Assembly (NCBI GenBank): GCA_947178175.1 | Contig: CAMWXI010000001.1 | Span: 9,628-73,627, forward strand | Source: an uncultured Porphyromonadaceae bacterium | GTDB taxonomy: Bacteria; Bacteroidota; Bacteroidia; Bacteroidales; Muribaculaceae | Reading direction: 5' to 3' | Length of the DNA: 64,000 nt | Shown here: in pieces, positions 41,799-48,610 of the stretch | Position numbering within the stretch: position 1 is the stretch's first letter | Layout of the letters: each line of letters starts with the position of its first letter | Notes under the pieces: generated by a model | What the model was told of the DNA's origin: nothing | The model's input: only the letters and a program-made list of their open reading frames with translations | Database searches by the model: none | Made by a program: the position numbers and the translations under genes

Positions 41799-42839
41799 AT
41801 GAATAAGATATCTACCATTTGTATATGTGGAGGAGGAGGACTCGGCACTGTCTGTGCCGGAGTATTTCTTTCCAAAGGACTTACGGTGAATATTCTCACA
41901 GGTCACCCTACCGACTGGAGCAGAGAGATTTTAGTCACTGACCTTAACAACCACCTTTTCTCCGGAAAACTGAATGATGTTTCTTCCGATCCGAATATCG
42001 TTATAAAGGATGCCGATTTAATATTGATGACAATACCCGGCTTTCTGATTGAGAAAACCTTGCATGATATCAAACCCTTCCTCAAAAAAGATGCTGTTGT
42101 CGGCTCAGTTGTGGGGAGTACCGGTTTCTTTTTCTTCGCACATAAGATATTGGGCGAGTCACACACACTATTCGCCTTCCAGCGTGTACCATACATCGCA
42201 AGGACTCAGGAATATGGACATTCAGGAAAGTTACTTGGTTATAAGCCTCTTCTTAAGGCCTCCATTGAGAATTGCAGCAATCCGAGAGAATTGGCTAATA
42301 TCCTTGAATCCCTTTTCAATACGCCCATAGAACTTCTGGAAAACTTCTATGAGGTAAGCCTGACCAACAGCAATCCGATACTCCACACCGGTCGTCTATA
42401 TTCACTATGGAATGATTACCGGGGAGAACTCCTATCTAAACAATCTCTTTTTTATGAAGAATGGGATGATTACGCTTCCGAACTTATTATTGCAATGGAT
42501 AGAGAATTCCAAAACTTACTGACGGTCCTCGGAATCCGTAGAAATGCAATCCCCAACCTACTGGATTACTACGAATCGAATGACGCAAAATCGCTGACCG
42601 CCAAGCTTCGCTCTATTCCTGCTTTTAAAGGGATCGGTTCTCCCATGAAAAAGAGCGGGAACGGATGGATTCCTGATTTCAACAGCAGATATTTTACGGA
42701 AGACTTTCCTTTCGGGCTACGGTTTATAAGAGACATTGCGCTGACCCGTAATATCAAATGTGAAGTTATTGAAAAGGTCCTTGAGTGGGGATTATCTAAA
42801 ATCCATGATTCCCGGTCCGGAACCCTAAACAAACAATGA
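41799..42839 (+). CDS. NAD(P)-dependent octopine/nopaline (opine) dehydrogenase family protein
   Basis: Rossmann ICGGGGLG; QRVPYIAR; SNPILH (catalytic His region); FYEEW; C-terminal SRYFTEDFPFGL characteristic of opine dehydrogenases. Confidence 0.88.
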   Translation: MNKISTICICGGGGLGTVCAGVFLSKGLTVNILTGHPTDWSREILVTDLNNHLFSGKLNDVSSDPNIVIKDADLILMTIPGFLIEKTLHDIKPFLKKDAVVGSVVGSTGFFFFAHKILGESHTLFAFQRVPYIARTQEYGHSGKLLGYKPLLKASIENCSNPRELANILESLFNTPIELLENFYEVSLTNSNPILHTGRLYSLWNDYRGELLSKQSLFYEEWDDYASELIIAMDREFQNLLTVLGIRRNAIPNLLDYYESNDAKSLTAKLRSIPAFKGIGSPMKKSGNGWIPDFNSRYFTEDFPFGLRFIRDIALTRNIKCEVIEKVLEWGLSKIHDSRSGTLNKQ

Positions 42840-43642
42840 TTATGAAGCAACTTACCACCGAGGAATTGCGAGATATCCAGCTTCAGATTTTAATAGAAGT
42901 TGATAAATTCTGTCGCGAAAATAAATTAAAATACTCATTGGCCTACGGCACACTCTTAGGAGCGGCACGCCATGGAGGGTATATACCCTGGGATGATGAC
43001 ATTGACATCATGATGCCCCGGGAAGACTACGACAAATTCATAGCTACGTTTTCGCATCCTTACATGGAAGTATATTCTTCACGTCATCAAAAAAGCTACT
43101 TGCTTCCCTATGCAAAGGTTGGTGATTCACGTACACTTTTTGACGAACTATCTTCTCAAAGATTTAAAGCCGGAATTAATATTGATATTTTCCCGGTTGA
43201 TAATTTTGCACACCCCTCACCTGAATTGCAGAAATGGTTTGAGAAAAAATCAATATTAGACAAAATATTTGACATTAAAATAATCCCTTTTCGCAATTCT
43301 CCGATAGACTTTAAATTGCAAAAGAGTTATTACTATCTTAAATATCCTTTCCTGACATTACGGAGACTTAGAGATAAAATTGAAAAAACCGCTCAATTCT
43401 TTAACTCCGTGCCAAGTGGTATCGTCGGAGTTTTGTCCACGCCCCGGACATCTCTCGATTGCGGATTCCCATCTTCAATATTACAGGAATTTTCCGAAAT
43501 AGAATTTGAAGGAATTCCTTTCATTTGTGTGAAGAAGGTGGATGAATACCTGACATACATGTATGGCGACTGGAGACAACTTCCTCCGGCTGACAAACAG
43601 GTGACACACCACCTTTATAAGGCTTATAAGAAATTGTCATGA
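42836..43642 (+). CDS. LicD-family phospho-substituent transferase
   Basis: GTLLGAARHGGYIPWDDDIDIMMPREDY, IDIFPVD, EFEG, YLTYMYGDW..LPP; start overlaps the opine dehydrogenase stop. Confidence 0.93.
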   Translation: MIMKQLTTEELRDIQLQILIEVDKFCRENKLKYSLAYGTLLGAARHGGYIPWDDDIDIMMPREDYDKFIATFSHPYMEVYSSRHQKSYLLPYAKVGDSRTLFDELSSQRFKAGINIDIFPVDNFAHPSPELQKWFEKKSILDKIFDIKIIPFRNSPIDFKLQKSYYYLKYPFLTLRRLRDKIEKTAQFFNSVPSGIVGVLSTPRTSLDCGFPSSILQEFSEIEFEGIPFICVKKVDEYLTYMYGDWRQLPPADKQVTHHLYKAYKKLS

Positions 43643-43661
43643 TTTGATTTACCGGACAGCT

Positions 43662-44798
43662 ATGATTTCCGTTGTATTCGTTTCCAACTTTCTTATTCAT
43701 CATCAATATCCTTTCTGCCGGGAGATGTTGAAATGCACAGAAATTAATTTCACCTTTGTGTGTTGCAATCCCCTTTCGGAAGAACGTAAAAACCTGGGCT
43801 ATGAAGATTATAGCAATCTTCCATTCGTAGTCCGCACTTACGACGGGCCCGATTCAATGCAGAAAGCACTGACGCTCACCGCGGAGGCAGATGTGGCAAT
43901 TATCGGACATGCCGACGACGAATTTATTCGCATCCGAATGAGTCAGAACAAGCTTACCTTTAAATATTGCGAAAGACTTTTCAAAAGAGGGAAATGGGTA
44001 TTGCTTCATCCGGCGGCACAGAAGAGCTTGTATCAGACCTTCACTAAATATCGTAAAAAGAATTTATACATTCTTGCAGCAAGCGCTTTCTCAATGCCGG
44101 ATCTGAGATTATGCGGTTTCAATCCCAATAAAGGTTTCAAATTCGGCTACCTGCCGGAGGTTATCAGATATGACGATATTGATTCATTGATGAATCAAAA
44201 AGAGCCTGCAAGCATAATATGGGTTGGTCGGTTCTTAGACTGGAAACATCCGGATTTCGCACTTAAGGCAGCTAAAGTTTTATGGGACGAGGGTCTCAGA
44301 TTCTCCATGAAACTTATAGGGATAGGTCCTGTCAAAGAAGAATGTGAAGAATACGTCCGGACCAATCTCCCTGATTGTGACATTAAATTTCTAGGAGCTA
44401 TGAATTCGGAAGATGTGAGGAGAAATATGGAGAAATCCACAATTCATCTGTTCACATCCGACCGTAGGGAAGGATGGGGCGCAGTCCTGGGAGAGGGAAT
44501 GAACAGCGGTTGTGCAGTAATCGCATCAGACGCTTGCGGAAGCACTCCTTATCTCGTTGAGCAAAACGTCAACGGCTTAATCTTCCGTTCCGGGGATTTC
44601 AAAGGATTCTGCAACTTATTACGCGACCTAATCTCAGACCCCTCTCATTCCGCAAGTTTAGGGAAGGAAGCTTATTACACCATGACTACGCTATGGAATG
44701 CTGAAGTTGCTGCTCCCCGTTTTGTAAACCTATGTAAAGCTCTTCTCAATGGAGAACCAATACCTCAATATCCCTCCGGTGTATGCAGTAAAGGTTAG
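43662..44798 (+). CDS. Glycosyltransferase family 4
   Basis: FVSNFLIHHQ, WVGRFLDWKHP, EGWGAVLGEGMNSG. ATG 43662 preferred. Confidence 0.88.
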   Translation: MISVVFVSNFLIHHQYPFCREMLKCTEINFTFVCCNPLSEERKNLGYEDYSNLPFVVRTYDGPDSMQKALTLTAEADVAIIGHADDEFIRIRMSQNKLTFKYCERLFKRGKWVLLHPAAQKSLYQTFTKYRKKNLYILAASAFSMPDLRLCGFNPNKGFKFGYLPEVIRYDDIDSLMNQKEPASIIWVGRFLDWKHPDFALKAAKVLWDEGLRFSMKLIGIGPVKEECEEYVRTNLPDCDIKFLGAMNSEDVRRNMEKSTIHLFTSDRREGWGAVLGEGMNSGCAVIASDACGSTPYLVEQNVNGLIFRSGDFKGFCNLLRDLISDPSHSASLGKEAYYTMTTLWNAEVAAPRFVNLCKALLNGEPIPQYPSGVCSKG

Positions 44799-44834
44799 TC
44801 TGTCCGAAACTGATAAAAATTTAATCTTAAAAAA

Positions 44835-45461
44835 ATGATTCGTAATTACAAGGAGTTAAGATTCTACATATTGGCAGACATGATGATGAATCGGGACAAA
44901 TTCAAATGGTCTGTAAAAGATAGATTGAAACATCTGATAGCTCCCGACTATATAATGCTGTATCTGAAATCAATGAGATGGTGTCAGTTCGCCGCTGACA
45001 ATCCTCTGAAGTCAATACTCGTATTTATTCCGATAATTCTGTTTCATAAATTCAGATTCAGGAAATTAGGAATAAAATTAGGGTTCTCCATAGGATGTCA
45101 GTGTCTGGGCTATGGTGTGGTTATCCCTCATTACGGGACAATCGTTGTCGGATCCTCCAATACAATTGGCAATTTTGCCGTTCTGCACACCAGTGTCTGC
45201 ATTTCAGGGAATGGGAAAAAAATCGGAAATGCATTATACCTTGCAACCGGAGCAAAAATGACAGGCACTCTTGAATTCGGCGATAACGTCTCTGTAGGAG
45301 CAAACTCTGTTGTCAACAAATCCTTTGAATCAAATATGCTGATTGGCGGACAACCCGCCAGATTCATAAAATCATCTGACCCCTGGTATATCAGAGACGG
45401 GGAGTTTTATACCAACCAGGTTAACCGGGTTGAAAAACTTAAGCAAGAGCTAAAGCTCTGA
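44835..45461 (+). CDS. Hexapeptide-repeat (CysE/WcaB-like) polysaccharide acyltransferase
   Basis: LGFSIG..LGYGVVIPHYGTIVV, IGN, VGANSVVNKSF, GGQPAR (left-handed beta-helix). Confidence 0.8.
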   Translation: MIRNYKELRFYILADMMMNRDKFKWSVKDRLKHLIAPDYIMLYLKSMRWCQFAADNPLKSILVFIPIILFHKFRFRKLGIKLGFSIGCQCLGYGVVIPHYGTIVVGSSNTIGNFAVLHTSVCISGNGKKIGNALYLATGAKMTGTLEFGDNVSVGANSVVNKSFESNMLIGGQPARFIKSSDPWYIRDGEFYTNQVNRVEKLKQELKL

Positions 45462-45557
45462 TGTGCAGATTTGCGATTACGGGAAATTTACATAAAAAAG
45501 AATATCGAAACCTGAATCTTCCTTAACCTTAAAGGAGCCTGTTCCTGCCGACACCTA

Positions 45558-46856
45558 TCACTTTGTGGCGGATGGTGTATTGAAAACCGGGAGCCGCAAT
45601 AGCAACAGATTGATTATTCCAAAGAATATGAAAGAACCTACGGATACCCAGCAACCTCCTACATATTGGAAATGTTCTGTTGCCCATGGCATGGCGAGCA
45701 CTATTCCAACGCTTCCTATAATTGTAGTGTAAAGATAGACCTTAGGACGACCTGTAGCTATTGAATAGTCATTGATCAGGAAGTAGATGCTTCTCGTAAA
45801 TGTAGATATTGCTATTATCTGAGCATAGACTGTTGAATCAACATAACGTCCTGCAGTAAGGATGGAGATGATAAACGGGGCACAGATGATAAAAATTATT
45901 ACCACCACACCTATCAGTCCAAGCTGAAGAGTGCAGAATCCCATGAATCTGCGCCAGTCTTTTTTTATGGTTGTCTCATAAATATCCGGCTGAAAAGTCG
46001 TTCCGATAGCTGAGGAAAATGTAGAGAGATACGTCCCTATCGAGACTCCTACCACATAGATACCATATTCCGTATTATCTCCGATACTTTCAAGATAGGT
46101 TGTAGAGAAGCCTGTGGTGAAATAACCGAGCATTGCTCCTAAAGTGAGCGGCAGACAAAATTTAAAGATAATGGAATATGTTCCTTTTCTAACTTTTACA
46201 TTCAGCCTCTTACCCATAGTGATGAGTAAATATAAGAATATGGCCCCGTTCCCTATCAGGACAGACAGAAGTTTTCCGAAGGCCCCCCATTTTATCCAGA
46301 CCACCATCAGCAGACTCAACAATATCAGGAGCACTCCATTTGAAACCGAAAGAATAAAAAAAGATTTTGAATCCTTTTTAATTCGTAAATCCGCAAGCTT
46401 CAGATTAAGCAATCCGGTTAAAGGTATTGCTAAGACTGACAGATAGAGGTAGGGAGAGATTGGGAGAGAAAAATCATCCGCGATGAATCGTATATATATA
46501 TATATTCCCAACAGACACACCAAAGACACTATGGCAGAAAACCATATCAAAGCTCTTCCTATAACACCAAAGAGATAATCCCGCTCCTCAGGTGAGAGAC
46601 GGAAATATTCCTTAATATAATAGTGGGCAAGATAGAACATTATGACCGGACCGATAAGGGATGTAAAGGAGGTGTAGTATCCTGTTATGGCATAATCTTC
46701 CGGCGACATATTCTTGGCTATCCAGGGATTTGCAACAAGATTAAGAAGCATCGGAATTAATGATGCCCCGAAATATGTGCCTATATGTCTGATATATTTT
46801 AAGAGTCTTCCGGATGTTTTACCTTGTGTCTTACCCGGTATATTGCCCTGTCTCAT
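45558..46856 (-). CDS. Wzx-like flippase #2
   Basis: About 12 TM segments; MSPEDYA, KFCLPL, YGIY and FQP motifs of MOP-family exporters; convergent with the rightward operon. Confidence 0.8.
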   Translation of the reverse strand: MRQGNIPGKTQGKTSGRLLKYIRHIGTYFGASLIPMLLNLVANPWIAKNMSPEDYAITGYYTSFTSLIGPVIMFYLAHYYIKEYFRLSPEERDYLFGVIGRALIWFSAIVSLVCLLGIYIYIRFIADDFSLPISPYLYLSVLAIPLTGLLNLKLADLRIKKDSKSFFILSVSNGVLLILLSLLMVVWIKWGAFGKLLSVLIGNGAIFLYLLITMGKRLNVKVRKGTYSIIFKFCLPLTLGAMLGYFTTGFSTTYLESIGDNTEYGIYVVGVSIGTYLSTFSSAIGTTFQPDIYETTIKKDWRRFMGFCTLQLGLIGVVVIIFIICAPFIISILTAGRYVDSTVYAQIIAISTFTRSIYFLINDYSIATGRPKVYLYTTIIGSVGIVLAMPWATEHFQYVGGCWVSVGSFIFFGIINLLLLRLPVFNTPSATK

Positions 46857-46860
46857 GGCA

Positions 46861-46892
46861 CAAAATTAATAAATCAATTCTGTGTCAACAAA
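46861..46892 (-). promoter_or_regulatory. sigmaA-type promoter of flippase #2
   Basis: Minus strand TTTG at 46892-46889, 20-nt spacer, TAATTTTG at 46868-46861, only 4 nt before the ATG. Confidence 0.65.
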
Positions 46893-46933
46893 TTTTCAGG
46901 TTTCTATCTCTTCACGGTCTAACTTCCTGCCGT

Positions 46934-47812
46934 TTAACGCATGTTTCTCTTGTGATTACCCATCTTACGACGATCCAGCTTCCTCCAATAAGTCTTTTTA
47001 ACCGGCCTTGTCACCTCCGGATTCCCCTTTTCAGTAATCGAAACAATACCTTCATCGGCACTCATCTCATCATTTTCCGGAAAATAATACACTGTCATTC
47101 CCGGAGAAATGAATGTATACACTATATTCATCTCAGTCCCCTCCTCAATTCTATTCCCTGTTAGGGTTGCCTCAGGGATAGAATCCAACGGCACGGTGTG
47201 CGGATAGATAGCAAGTCTATACTCCTTTTCTCCATTTCTATCAGACTTGAGAGAGCGGTCGATTCGATATACTGTGCTGTCCTCCGGCTGTATCATGCAT
47301 GCTTCAGGAGTCCATCCTTCTCTCATTGAGGGATATATTGACTCCATCTCCTCCTTAATCAGCCGATTACGTTCTTTCTTCTCATTAGCAGAAAGATAGG
47401 GAATATCATAGACTGTTTCATCAATCCAGACATATTTGCCGGTGTCAAGACTCCAGCCTTTCCATCCCTCCTTTTTCCATTTTTCCGGACCGGCATTCTT
47501 AACTATATTTCTCAAAGAATCATCCACTATCAACGGATAGTAGCTCTTCATCTTTTCCGGTGTCTCGATATTCTCAAGAGGATAAGGGCGCTGAAGCGGA
47601 TAACTTACGATTGCAGAGAACCTGACACTGTCTTCTTCAAGAACAGCAGTGACAAACTCTTTTACCGACTTTGGAACAGAATCGGATGAGAGGGTGAGTT
47701 CTGCAGCAGCTCTTTTTTCTCCGCCACATGACACAAATCCTAAACCCAAAGCAGCAGCAACACTTAACAACATTGTCTGAGTCTGAATATATGACGATAT
47801 AATATTTTTCAT
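46934..47812 (-). CDS. Hypothetical lipoprotein
   Basis: Hydrophobic stretch ending FVSC (lipobox); YPLQRPYP and GWKGW motifs; function unknown. Confidence 0.7.
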   Translation of the reverse strand: MKNIISSYIQTQTMLLSVAAALGLGFVSCGGEKRAAAELTLSSDSVPKSVKEFVTAVLEEDSVRFSAIVSYPLQRPYPLENIETPEKMKSYYPLIVDDSLRNIVKNAGPEKWKKEGWKGWSLDTGKYVWIDETVYDIPYLSANEKKERNRLIKEEMESIYPSMREGWTPEACMIQPEDSTVYRIDRSLKSDRNGEKEYRLAIYPHTVPLDSIPEATLTGNRIEEGTEMNIVYTFISPGMTVYYFPENDEMSADEGIVSITEKGNPEVTRPVKKTYWRKLDRRKMGNHKRNMR

Positions 47813-47874
47813 TCAGTTAATTTCCAATTGCTATCTAAATGAATGACGTTTAAAAATTTAAATAATGAAGTTGT

Positions 47875-48453
47875 CTATACTTCTATTGTATCGGGTTCAA
47901 ACAAGGCTTCGAATTCCTCAATTCGCCGACGCTTTATCTGAGGATGTTCCTTCCCCCTGTATTTGCAATGTGCAATATAATTAGCCTTGATGTCACGGTT
48001 GCCTGATGCAAGTTTCTTTACTACTGACGAACGTGAGACAGCACCATTACCGATATTATAGGCTAAGGTGGCGAGAAGAAGGGAGTCCTTGCCATATGAA
48101 CGGAAAATCTTGCATAGCTTGTCTAAATCCTTCCTTAGTAATTGATCCGCTTCCTTCTCTGAAAGTGCTTTTGTCCTTGAGAATTTCTCTCCCGGAAGAA
48201 CCTTGTGTCCATAACCTACCAGTGGCCAATGGCGAGGGGAGTGTAATGATTCATATTTCTTTATAATTTCCACAGCTTTCTCATAGTTTGACACCTCATT
48301 CTTTGGGGATGTCTCCTGAGAAGTCCTGGTCTGAGCTTCTACAATAGGTGGGAGAGAAGTAATACTTTTAATCGAATCCTTTCTCCCTGCAGTCAGCAAT
48401 AAGATGCCGGCCATGCTCAGTGATAAGAATAGCGTTAATGTTTTCATCTCCAT
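47875..48453 (-). CDS. GH24-like lysozyme (Bacteroides conjugative-element type)
   Basis: AVEIIKKYE, VGYGH, EADQLLRKDL, DSLLLATLAYNIG, RRRIEEF; N-terminal hydrophobic segment; start uncertain. Confidence 0.82.
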   Translation of the reverse strand: MEMKTLTLFLSLSMAGILLLTAGRKDSIKSITSLPPIVEAQTRTSQETSPKNEVSNYEKAVEIIKKYESLHSPRHWPLVGYGHKVLPGEKFSRTKALSEKEADQLLRKDLDKLCKIFRSYGKDSLLLATLAYNIGNGAVSRSSVVKKLASGNRDIKANYIAHCKYRGKEHPQIKRRRIEEFEALFEPDTIEV

Positions 48454-48519
48454 TAAAACACCCCTCTTCCGTAATTTGTTCACCACAAACCATTCATCTC
48501 ACTTATACTCTGCATAATA

Positions 48520-48560
48520 ACAAAACAAGGCTGTCTCAATATTCTATTTTGAAACAACCT
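48520..48560 (-). terminator. Hairpin terminator after the PorZ-like gene
   Basis: Minus strand AGGTTGTTTCAA-AATAGAATA-TTGAGACAGCCT (two G-U pairs) followed by TGTTTTGT. Confidence 0.6.
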
Positions 48561-48610
48561 CGTCCGGTATCTGAAACCCCGATTCATGAGAAAGAGGGGC
48601 TTATTATATC

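Noticed and set aside
41799-42839. Opine metallophore (staphylopine/pseudopaline-like) cluster
   Set aside because: No nicotianamine synthase, racemase, exporter or metal receptor is nearby; the neighbours are glycan genes.
39973-43642. Phosphonate (2-aminoethylphosphonate) or classical phosphocholine lic pathway
   Set aside because: No PEP mutase, phosphonopyruvate decarboxylase, choline kinase or LicB is present, and the PLP domain is class I/II (CobD-like), not the class V AEP transaminase.
48528-48560. IS end or MITE remnant (GGCTGTCTCAA...TTGAAACAACC palindrome)
   Set aside because: It is the only such hairpin I noticed, there is no transposase, and it is adequately explained as a minus-strand terminator.
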